Assembly: GCA_016208765.1 (NCBI GenBank)
Contig: JACQXK010000009.1
Coordinates: 20,819 to 84,818 of the forward strand
Direction: 5' to 3'
Length of the DNA: 64,000 bases
Source: Candidatus Omnitrophota bacterium
Lineage (GTDB): Bacteria; Omnitrophota; Gorgyraeia; Gygaellales; Profunditerraquicolaceae
The notes below the pieces were generated by a model. The model was given only the letters and a program-made list of their open reading frames with translations, ran no database searches and was not told the origin of the DNA. This document shows, piece after piece, positions 49,179 to 57,415 of the stretch (position 1 is its first letter; every line of letters starts with the position of its first letter). Made by a program: the position numbers and the translations under genes.

Positions 49179-50441
49179 CTAATTATCACACATTTTACCA
49201 AGCACTACAACAGCGTTATTGCCGCCGAAGCCAAAAGCGTTTACCATGCCAAAACTGATATTTTTTTCTTGCGCTTTGTTAGGCGTGTAGTTTAGATCGC
49301 AGGCCGGATCAGCCTGCAAAAGATTAATTGTAGGAGGGATGATGCTGTGTTTTATGGAAAGGCAGGTAGAAATCAGGCCGATAGCTCCTGAAGCTGCGAT
49401 AGTATGCCCGATCATAGATTTGGTAGAACTGATAGAGAGCTGTTTAGAATGTTTTCCGAATACATTTTTTATTGCCATGGTTTCTACACGGTCATTTGCT
49501 TTTGTTGAGGTGCCGTGTGCATTAATATAGTCAATTTTTTGAGCAGATAACTTGGCTTGATCAAGCGCTAGCTGCATTGCTTTGGCAATATCTCTTCCGC
49601 GAGGTTGGGGCATAACCATATGATAAGCGCTGCTGTTGGAGCCAAAGCCAAGGATCTCCGCGTAAATAACAGCGTTTCTTTTGCGCGCAGACTTTAATGT
49701 TTCCATAACAACAATGCCGGCGCCCTCTCCTAAAACAAAACCGTCTCTGTTTAGAGCAAACGGGCAGGAGGCTTCCTGCGGCAGGCAGTTTCTTTGTGAC
49801 ATTACTCTAAGTGAGTCAAAGGCGCTGAAGGTTGCATAACTAAATGGCGCCTCAACTCCTCCGGCAAGCACAGCCTCTGCTCTTTTTGATTTAATTAGAT
49901 CAAACGCCAATCCGATTGCCTGCAGGCCGGAAGAGCAGGCAGTGGAAATAGTTAAATTTGGGCCGGTTGTTTTTAGCAGGATAGAGATTTGCGCGCTGAC
50001 GCTATTAGGCATTACTTTAGGCACAGTAATTGGAAGCGGCCTTTTGTTTCTTTCTTTTAAGATCTGCTCAATGATATCTTCATGAAAGATGATTCCTCCC
50101 AATCCTGAACCGATGCAAATTCCCGTTTTTTCAGGGTTTTCCCATTTACCGTAAATTCCGGCTTCGGCCTTTGCCATTTTTGCCGCAGTTACTCCAAATT
50201 GCGCAAAACGATCTAGCTGATTTAGAATAGAACTATTAATGTATTTTTGTGGAAGAAAACCTTTTACCTCTGCGCCGATTTTTGTTTTAAAGTTAGATGT
50301 GTCAAAACAGGTTATGTTTTCTACGCCGGAGATTCCTCTAAGATTTGCCTTCCAGAAAGAATCTTTACCAATCCCGTTTGGCGCAATTATTCCCAAACCG
50401 GTAATTACCACTCTTGTTTCTTGATTAGTTTTTTGTTTCAT
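49179..50441 (-). CDS. beta-ketoacyl-ACP synthase (KAS I/II, FabF/FabB-like)
   Basis: Active-site Cys (ISTACSSGL), His-His (NAHGTST, GHTIAASG) and a C-terminal GFGGNNAVV. Confidence 0.85.
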   Translation of the reverse strand: MKQKTNQETRVVITGLGIIAPNGIGKDSFWKANLRGISGVENITCFDTSNFKTKIGAEVKGFLPQKYINSSILNQLDRFAQFGVTAAKMAKAEAGIYGKWENPEKTGICIGSGLGGIIFHEDIIEQILKERNKRPLPITVPKVMPNSVSAQISILLKTTGPNLTISTACSSGLQAIGLAFDLIKSKRAEAVLAGGVEAPFSYATFSAFDSLRVMSQRNCLPQEASCPFALNRDGFVLGEGAGIVVMETLKSARKRNAVIYAEILGFGSNSSAYHMVMPQPRGRDIAKAMQLALDQAKLSAQKIDYINAHGTSTKANDRVETMAIKNVFGKHSKQLSISSTKSMIGHTIAASGAIGLISTCLSIKHSIIPPTINLLQADPACDLNYTPNKAQEKNISFGMVNAFGFGGNNAVVVLGKMCDN

Positions 50442-50448
50442 GGTTTGT

Positions 50449-51951
50449 TTAAGAATAAACGCGCAGAAAATTCAGCCAGATAAACAGGCAGATGAGTGTT
50501 AAAAGATATACAGAAAAAACATTTTCGTATTTCGGCGGTTTTTGATTGATGAGAAAGAATTGAATTATTCCTAGTATTGCGCAGGGGATAATAAGTAGCG
50601 GCTCTAAGAAAAGAAATGCCAGCAGGCAGTAGCTAATAAGATAAAATAAGCTGACAAAGATTTTAAGCCACGGCTTAGATTCTATTTCTGTAATATTTAA
50701 ACATCCGGTGAAAAAGACCAGAATATAAAATGAAAAAATATGAGGAAAGCTTAGAATTTCTCCTCCGGAAAAAAGCCAGCCTAACATTACTAATAAGATA
50801 ATATTAAAACAAAGCACTGTTTTGGATAAAATTGGTACGCGGCAAAGTTTTAGCGGCGGGAGAAAATAAATAAAGATGCTTGTTATTGATAGGGCAAAGA
50901 AGAAAAAGGTGGTGAAATTTACTGTAATTGATGAAGCTAGGGCCATGCCAAAGAATAAGGCAATTGCTGTTTTTTTGCCTGCCTGAGGAGGATTAATAAA
51001 AAGTGAGTAAATTGCAAACCCAAGCCAAATCGTGGCTAAAATTAACAGAAATCCTACAAGATTAGAAAATATTATTTTTGCTGCTCCCGCTTGATAAATA
51101 GACATTCCAATAAGAAATAAAAATATAAGCTGGGCTATGGTTTTAATTTTGATTTGCTTAGTGAGCATTTTGAAATATCCGCTTTTTCCAAGGGCAAGAA
51201 GGGTCAATATTTCAATAAAAATAAAGAGCGCCAGAAAACGGATTATTGTAATGATAGAGATCCCGTCCTGGCAGCTTGAGCAGGTGAATTTGGCTAATAA
51301 CGGAATAATGGAGGCTGCTAAAAGCGCAAAATATATTGCTATTGCTCCAAAGAGAGTCTTTACAAGGCTTTTTGTCTTAGTTAGAAAATATAAAACCGAT
51401 AAAATCACTGATAGTAGCGCAGTAATTGTTTCTCCGGGTGTGATGTTTGCCGAGAAGAAAAAGAGATTATACAACTTTGTAGGATGAACGTAGCGGATGT
51501 CAATGCCTTTACCTTTTGAAATTATCAGGTCAATGATCGGGGCAAAAATCCCTATTGCACAAACGAGGCTTAGCGCAGAGCGCAGCGATTTTTGAATTAT
51601 ATCTCCGGTAATTAAGGTAAAAATAATAGAAAATAATAATACAGAAGCTATCCAGAAAAGTGTATAGTGGAAAAATGATATCCCGATACTGACACTGCTC
51701 ATTAACAGGTTTGGATCAGAAGCAGAAAATATAGAGAACGGGACCATTGCTGTATCTGAAAATATTTCCAAGAAATTGCGCAGATTGATTATGCCAAGAA
51801 AACTTAAGATATAATAAGTAAGCGGGATATTTTCATCTTGGCTGAAAGAGGTGATTTTCTCTAAGAAGTGTGGAATTTTCATGGGATTAACAAAATTATC
51901 GCGGCAAAACAGATGATTGTCAAGCCATCTTTTGTAATAAGTCCGTGACAA
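50449..51951 (-). CDS. large polytopic membrane protein of unknown function (first gene of the lipid operon)
   Basis: 500 aa with >12 predicted TM helices and no recognisable motif; 8-nt gap to the KAS gene. Confidence 0.5.
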   Translation of the reverse strand: MSRTYYKRWLDNHLFCRDNFVNPMKIPHFLEKITSFSQDENIPLTYYILSFLGIINLRNFLEIFSDTAMVPFSIFSASDPNLLMSSVSIGISFFHYTLFWIASVLLFSIIFTLITGDIIQKSLRSALSLVCAIGIFAPIIDLIISKGKGIDIRYVHPTKLYNLFFFSANITPGETITALLSVILSVLYFLTKTKSLVKTLFGAIAIYFALLAASIIPLLAKFTCSSCQDGISIITIIRFLALFIFIEILTLLALGKSGYFKMLTKQIKIKTIAQLIFLFLIGMSIYQAGAAKIIFSNLVGFLLILATIWLGFAIYSLFINPPQAGKKTAIALFFGMALASSITVNFTTFFFFALSITSIFIYFLPPLKLCRVPILSKTVLCFNIILLVMLGWLFSGGEILSFPHIFSFYILVFFTGCLNITEIESKPWLKIFVSLFYLISYCLLAFLFLEPLLIIPCAILGIIQFFLINQKPPKYENVFSVYLLTLICLFIWLNFLRVYS

Positions 51952-51983
51952 TTTTTAGCAGTAACGGGGTTTGTCTTGTCTTG

Positions 51984-52108
51984 TTCTCGCAGCACCGCTC
52001 GCCTCGACCCAGCGTGTCGGGGCTTCGCTCGGGCGAAAACTCTTGCTCTTCACCGACTTTTAGTCGGGGAAACCGTGCCCGCAAGAGTTTTCTAACGTGC
52101 TGCTCGAA
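51984..52108. repeat. structured intergenic repeat element, copy B
   Basis: Aligns end to end with 10339-10466. Both substitutions in stem 2 (cctcgac/gtcgggg vs ccccgcc/ggcgggg) and in stem 4 (gaaaactcttgc/gcaagagttttc vs gaaaacttttgc/gcaaaagttttc) are compensatory. Confidence 0.7.
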
Positions 52109-52282
52109 TCAAGCCAAGCCATCCGTTATTGTATTATGTAAAGCATGTTATAATCCGATTTTTTCTATTGAAAGCTATACTGTTACGCGATATAATTGGA
52201 CACCTCAAGATTTTGTGAGGGATTATCAATGAATTTAATCCTCTCGAGCGAAGCGAAAGAGGATCTGAGAACCAAATATTTT

Positions 52283-52357
52283 TGCCCTGTCGTCTAATCG
52301 GTAGGACTTCAGATTCTGGATCTGACTATCATGGTTCGATTCCATGCGGGGCAGCCA
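52283..52357 (+). tRNA. tRNA-Gln (anticodon CTG), CCA encoded
   Basis: U1:A72 acceptor TGCCCTG/CGGGGCA, anticodon stem TCAGA/TCTGA with loop TTCTGGA, T-arm GGTTCGATTCC, 3' GCCA. Confidence 0.8.
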
Positions 52358-52585
52358 ATTTCGAGCCTGGACTCGAACCAGAGCTTGAAACTGGCAGAGT
52401 CCCGCCGCATTCTTGCAGAATGCAAGAGGCGGGACGGTCTAATGTTCTATTTTCTATTGTTCAAAAGGTGATTTATGCCTTTTATGTTTGAGAATCTTAA
52501 TAAGAAAATGGTCGCTGTCCCTATTATATAAAAAAATAGAAAAATTGATAGCAACCAAAAAACATAGACAAAAAGGAGGTGTTGT

Positions 52586-52984
52586 ATGTTTTTTAAGACA
52601 GTGGTAGTAGCCATAGCATTATTTTTTGCTGCGACTGGGGCATTTGCTCAGTTTGCGGGTCCGGGTGCAACAGACAGTGGAAATAAAACGGTAAAACAAA
52701 TTCTTGAAAGGCCCATGGATGATATGTGGGTAAGCCTTAAGGGGAATATTTTAAACAAAGTTGCGCATGAAAAGTATATGTTTAGCGACGGCACAGGCCA
52801 GATTGTCGTAGAGATTGATGATGAATATTTCCCTTACAATAGGCCAATTACTCCGCAAACTACCGTAGAGATATCAGGGGAAGTGGATCATGAATTTACA
52901 CGTCTTGAGATTGATGTTAAGCAAGTTACCATTATTAGCGATACCAGCACAGCGCCGCAACAGGGTGGGTTTAAAAGCAACTAG
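52586..52984 (+). CDS. YgiW/YdeI-family BOF (bacterial OB-fold, DUF388) periplasmic protein
   Basis: Signal peptide plus a TVKQILERPMDD...VSLKGNI...FSDGTGQIVVEIDDE pattern typical of BOF proteins. Confidence 0.7.
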   Translation: MFFKTVVVAIALFFAATGAFAQFAGPGATDSGNKTVKQILERPMDDMWVSLKGNILNKVAHEKYMFSDGTGQIVVEIDDEYFPYNRPITPQTTVEISGEVDHEFTRLEIDVKQVTIISDTSTAPQQGGFKSN

Positions 52985-53025
52985 TGTCCTAAAGAGAGAT
53001 TATTTAGTTATATAAGCAAGGAAGC

Positions 53026-53415
53026 TTAGATTTTTGGCAGCAAGCGTTCAATCTCGGCTCGGCGTTCTTTCTCGGTTCTGAGGCGGGAGATCTGCAGGAG
53101 CCTTCGGCCAGTGAAGATTTTTAGCTTCTCTTCATCGTTGCATGATTTCATATCTTGGATGAAGTCCAGGGGCAGATTATTGACTATTTTTAGCAAGTGT
53201 GCTAATTTGGACTCCGAGATATTTAGTTCTTTATGGGCTTTTGCCCAGGTTATTCTTCCGGGACCGTTATTGATAAAGACCTGGATTTTTAGGCCTTCGT
53301 AGATAGTATTTTTGATAATTCGCTTTGCCCGCTGAGGTTTCTCAGGTAAAGGATCGCCAAAACGGATCAATTGTTTCCTACTCCTACGGGTGTAGATTTT
53401 CACAATCATATGCAC
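53026..53415 (-). CDS. hypothetical basic protein with possible HTH
   Basis: 129 aa, Lys/Arg-rich with a helix-turn-helix-like segment (ISESKLAHLLKIV). No confident family assignment; it sits in the tRNA-Gln islet. Confidence 0.3.
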   Translation of the reverse strand: MHMIVKIYTRRSRKQLIRFGDPLPEKPQRAKRIIKNTIYEGLKIQVFINNGPGRITWAKAHKELNISESKLAHLLKIVNNLPLDFIQDMKSCNDEEKLKIFTGRRLLQISRLRTEKERRAEIERLLPKI

Positions 53416-53570
53416 TATATGGAGTTGTGAAGTTCGTCTGACGACAAGTTCGGGCAGTTAAATAATGTTCCTACTTGTAATATCTGTATAACAATGTTAT
53501 ACTTATATTGCAAAAGCACCCGGCCTAATTGGATTGGCCGGGTGCACTTTCTGTGCAAGGAGATGAAGAT

Positions 53571-53789
53571 ATGACTCTATTGAAAGCATTTCGTTTACCG
53601 GCTGGGTTGGTTAATAGGTTAGCTTCATTGGCAAAAGCTACACATCGCAGTGAAACTTTTTATGTTACCGATGCCTTAGTCCACTATTTGGAAGACTACG
53701 CCGATGCTCAAATCGCCAAAGACCGCTTTAACGATCCAAAATCTAAGATTATTTCCGGCAAAGAGCTAAGGAAGCAGCTCGGTGTATAA
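53571..53789 (+). CDS. type II antitoxin (ribbon-helix-helix, RelB/ParD-like)
   Basis: 72 aa from the ATG at 53571 (AAGGAG RBS). It overlaps the downstream RelE-like gene by 8 nt, and an imperfect palindrome lies upstream. Confidence 0.6.
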   Translation: MTLLKAFRLPAGLVNRLASLAKATHRSETFYVTDALVHYLEDYADAQIAKDRFNDPKSKIISGKELRKQLGV

Positions 53790-54039
53790 GGTTGCCTATC
53801 TTGATTCGGTTGAGCAAGACCTTAAAAAGCTCGATAAATCTACGGTTAAGAAAATTCTTATCCGCATCGAGACTTATCTTGCTCAAGAGCCTAAAGAATT
53901 AGGAAAGCCTTTAAAAGGAGAATTCCAAGGGCATTGGCGATACTGTTGGGGCGATTACCGTGTTATCTATAAAATATCAGAACAAGAGATCTTGATTGTT
54001 ATTTTGTGTATTAGCAATAGAAAAGATGTTTATGGGTAA
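53782..54039 (+). CDS. type II toxin, RelE/ParE (StbE) family
   Basis: 85 aa with the RelE-family C-terminal pattern (GEFQGHWRYCWGDYRVIYKISEQEILIVIL). Confidence 0.7.
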   Translation: MYKVAYLDSVEQDLKKLDKSTVKKILIRIETYLAQEPKELGKPLKGEFQGHWRYCWGDYRVIYKISEQEILIVILCISNRKDVYG

Positions 54040-54167
54040 TCTATAAAAACGTGCAGTCAGGCGTCAATCAGGTCAGCATATGAATTATTCAAAAAAGCAG
54101 TTGCTTTTTTCCCGAAGATAAATAAAATAGTACTAAGAAGATAAACAAACTTTAATTACTAATAAAA

Positions 54168-54560
54168 ATGGAAAGCGTTTTAACTAAAACTGAAACAAAG
54201 GCAAAAATAAAAGAAGGCCCTTTTTGCTCTATACATTTAACTGCGGATTTTATTTCGCCTAAGATTTTTATTGAAGATGCCGAGGAATTGGAGAACATTC
54301 TTTATCAGGCAGCGTTTGCTGCCAATAATACTCCGCTTAAGGCAGTAGTGCATAAATTCCCAGTGCAGGGTATTACCGGAGTCATTTTATTGGCAGAGTC
54401 GCATATTTCTATTCACACTTGGCCGGAGCACGATTATGTGGCAGTGGATATTTTTACCTGCGGAGAGAAAACCCAACCTTTAAAAGCCCTGGAGTATTTA
54501 AAAAAGAAGTTCCTTCCTGAGAAGGTCAAATTTGAAGAGGTCAGAAGAGGAAAAATATGA
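54168..54560 (+). CDS. speH: S-adenosylmethionine decarboxylase proenzyme (small bacterial/archaeal type)
   Basis: 130 aa with the self-processing site context LAESHISIHTWPE (Ser to pyruvoyl). Confidence 0.8.
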   Translation: MESVLTKTETKAKIKEGPFCSIHLTADFISPKIFIEDAEELENILYQAAFAANNTPLKAVVHKFPVQGITGVILLAESHISIHTWPEHDYVAVDIFTCGEKTQPLKALEYLKKKFLPEKVKFEEVRRGKI

Positions 54561-55444
54561 GCAAATCGTTTTCATTCCCCGCTAAGCAATGGTTTCTGGA
54601 GAATTCGTTTCCGGGAGTAAGAAGGTGTAAAACTGATTTATTCCGTATAGATAAGGAAATATTCAAAGGGAAAAGCAAATTTCAGGACATCCATATATTT
54701 AAGAGCCCTGGTTTTGGCAGGATGCTTTCGTTAGACAGCATAATTCAGCTTTCTGAAAGCGACGAATTTATTTATCATGAAATTATTGCGCATGTCCCGC
54801 TTCTTTCTCATCCAGCCCCAAAGAGATTCCTGGTTGTAGGAGGAGGAGACGGAGGTGTCCTGCGTGAGGCCCAGAAACATCCCTTAAAAGAATTGTATCA
54901 GGTTGAAATTGACCGCCAGATTGTTGAGCTTTCCCAAAAATACCTCCCTTTTATTTCTAAAGGAGCGTTTAAGGATAAGCGGCTGCAAATATTTTTTGAA
55001 GACGGATTTAAATTCTTAAGAAGATATAAAAAATTCTTTGATGTTATTGTAGTTGATTCAACTGATCCTGTTGGCCCGGGCAAGATCTTATTTAGCAATG
55101 CATTTTATAAAATACTGGATAATTCATTGACAGATGACGGTATTGCAATATTTCAATTGGGCCCGTTTTTGGATTTTAACCTGATTGTAAAGCCCACAGC
55201 GAAGAAACTAAAAACACTCTTTAAATACGTGCATCCGGTGCGGCTGTCTATGCCTTCATACAGCTGCGGATGCGAGTATTGTTTCCTTATCGCCTCAAAG
55301 AAAATAAACCCCGCTTCACTCACTCCCAAAGAAGTTGCAAAAAGACTAAGGCAATCGCTTGGCAGTAAAGAAAAGGCTCTCAAGTATTATACTCCCGAGG
55401 TTCACTGCGCAAGCATGGTCATGCCAAAGCTGTGGCAAATTTAA
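54557..55444 (+). CDS. speE: spermidine synthase (aminopropyltransferase)
   Basis: VVGGGDGGVLRE SAM/dcSAM-binding motif, a DSTDPVGP block, and operon context with speH. Confidence 0.85.
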   Translation: MSKSFSFPAKQWFLENSFPGVRRCKTDLFRIDKEIFKGKSKFQDIHIFKSPGFGRMLSLDSIIQLSESDEFIYHEIIAHVPLLSHPAPKRFLVVGGGDGGVLREAQKHPLKELYQVEIDRQIVELSQKYLPFISKGAFKDKRLQIFFEDGFKFLRRYKKFFDVIVVDSTDPVGPGKILFSNAFYKILDNSLTDDGIAIFQLGPFLDFNLIVKPTAKKLKTLFKYVHPVRLSMPSYSCGCEYCFLIASKKINPASLTPKEVAKRLRQSLGSKEKALKYYTPEVHCASMVMPKLWQI

Positions 55445-56409
55445 AATTTAAGGTTGCGATTATGGGCAAGGGCCGCATTGCCAATGCCCTTGGTTTTTAT
55501 TTAAATAAGAATAATATTTCTGTTTGCGAGGATATTAGCCGCAGCGATCTTATAATTGGAGCCTTAGGAGGAGATTTTGGCGAAGATTGCCTTAAGGCCG
55601 CGCTGCATTACAAAAAGAATTTATTGGATATTTCTGATGTTGACCCGCCGTTTTACCTGAAACATAAATCTCAGATAGAGAGATCCGGCATTACAGTTAT
55701 CCCGGGATGCGGTTTTTCACCGGGGTTGGTTAATTTGATTATCGGCAGGGAACTTGCGATAAATCCAGGAATCAGGAAAATTGAGATTAAAGCAGGGTCT
55801 CTTTCCGGAAAGAATAATTATTTTCCTTTTCTCTGGTGTTTTGAAGATTTGATACTTGGGCATAAACTTTTCTCATGGCAGCTGGTTAGAGGAAAGAAAA
55901 AGAGGTTTGCGCCTTTAGCCGGCCTGCAAAAAGAAAATTTCTTTGGTATTCAGGCTGAAAGCTATCTTTCTGCAAGCGGCATTGAGAATTTATTTACCGG
56001 GCGCGGTTTAACTGATTTTCAATACCGCGTGATCAGGCCGCTTGGATTTATTAATTTCCTGAAGTTTTTAATTAATCAGGGATTTCTAGATAAAGCTAAT
56101 TTTGCACTAACTAAAAAAATCCTTGAAGAGAAAAAAGAAGATAATTTCAGTTTTGCAAACGTTAGCCTATCCGGGCCAGGAAAAAAGATTGAATGGTTAC
56201 TCAAAAGCTCCTCTAAGAAAAATGAACAGTTAAATTCCATGCAGAAAATTACCTCAGCTGCTCCGGTAATTATTGCCAATTTTCTAAAAGAGAATAAAAT
56301 TGGCAAAGGGTTGCTTTTTATGGAGCAGCTTGGCAGTGATGAAGTTTTATTTTCTGATTTAATTAATAGAGCCAGAGAAGAGGGAATTGTTTTGCAAAGG
56401 AAGCCTTAA
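55432..56409 (+). CDS. saccharopine dehydrogenase NAD(P)-binding-domain-like protein (possible polyamine-modifying dehydrogenase)
   Basis: N-terminal Rossmann GxGxxG (AIMGKGRIANALG) and a PGCGFSPGLVN block. Only the operon context with speH/speE suggests a polyamine role. Confidence 0.35.
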   Translation: MANLKFKVAIMGKGRIANALGFYLNKNNISVCEDISRSDLIIGALGGDFGEDCLKAALHYKKNLLDISDVDPPFYLKHKSQIERSGITVIPGCGFSPGLVNLIIGRELAINPGIRKIEIKAGSLSGKNNYFPFLWCFEDLILGHKLFSWQLVRGKKKRFAPLAGLQKENFFGIQAESYLSASGIENLFTGRGLTDFQYRVIRPLGFINFLKFLINQGFLDKANFALTKKILEEKKEDNFSFANVSLSGPGKKIEWLLKSSSKKNEQLNSMQKITSAAPVIIANFLKENKIGKGLLFMEQLGSDEVLFSDLINRAREEGIVLQRKP

Positions 56410-56414
56410 TAAAA

Positions 56415-56942
56415 ATGATAAAACATTCTTATTTAAGTAAAAAAGTAAAAGTTCGCTCCTCCGGGATCAACCGTCGGGGAGTATTTGCTGTGGCTGGGCT
56501 TAAGAAAGGCGAAGCAATCGCGGTTTGGGGCGGATACATTATTACTCAAAAAGAATTTAAAGTTTTGTCCAAGAAGCGATTTAAGAATATAGATGACTAT
56601 GCCACAAAAGTCTGCGACGGGTTCTACATGGTTTCCTGCAAAAACGGTACTTTGGAAGATGACGATTTCTTTAACCATAGCTGTAATCCAAATGCAGGGA
56701 TAAACGGGCAGATTGTAATGGTTGCTATGCGCAATATTCTCCGGGGAGAAGAAATCACCTACGATTACGCAATGACTGACGCAGAGTTTGATTATAGCTT
56801 TAAGTGCTCCTGCGGGCAAAAGAATTGCCGTAAAATTGTTACTACCAAAGATTGGAAAATTCCTTCTTTGCAGAAAAGATATAAAGGACACTTTTCCTGG
56901 TATATCCAGGAAAAGATCAACAAATTAAGCCTCAGGCATTAA
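56415..56942 (+). CDS. SET-domain protein (putative protein-lysine methyltransferase)
   Basis: Classic SET motifs FFNHSCNPN and GEEITYDY plus a Cys-rich post-SET (CSCGQKNCR). Confidence 0.7.
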   Translation: MIKHSYLSKKVKVRSSGINRRGVFAVAGLKKGEAIAVWGGYIITQKEFKVLSKKRFKNIDDYATKVCDGFYMVSCKNGTLEDDDFFNHSCNPNAGINGQIVMVAMRNILRGEEITYDYAMTDAEFDYSFKCSCGQKNCRKIVTTKDWKIPSLQKRYKGHFSWYIQEKINKLSLRH

Positions 56943-56990
56943 CAAAATATTTGTTCTTTTGGTTTAGCGTTGTATAATAAGGCAATTAAC

Positions 56991-57073
56991 GCGAGGGTGG
57001 CGGAATGGCAGACGCGACAGTTTGAGGGGCTGTTGACCGCAAGGTTGTGAGGGTTCAACTCCCTCCCCTCGCA
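56991..57073 (+). tRNA. tRNA-Leu (anticodon GAG), long variable arm
   Basis: Acceptor GCGAGGG/CCCTCGC, anticodon stem ACAGT/GCTGT with loop TTGAGGG, long variable arm, T-arm GGGTTCAACTCCC; 83 nt. Confidence 0.75.
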
Positions 57074-57415
57074 TAAAATTAATTCTTAGTACCTTCTTTG
57101 GGCTGAAGCTAAAAAGAAATATTCTTTATTCTTAGCGTGATTTTGATTTTTAGACTTTTCGCTCTGCCCGCCTTCAACCCTCTAAAAACAAAACCTCTGG
57201 GCAAAATCCGATGTATTTGTTGAGGTCAAGGCAGAAAAAATGCTTCCCTTTCTTGATTTTTCCTATAAATATGTTACACTTACATTAATAAAATAATCCG
57301 GTAGTCCTGTTTATGGAGGTAAACAGGGTTGCCACGGTTTTAGAAGCCGGATTGACTCAAAAGGGGTCGATTTCCGGTTTCTTTATTTTTTGCCTACTTT
57401 CTAAAAAGTTAAAAA

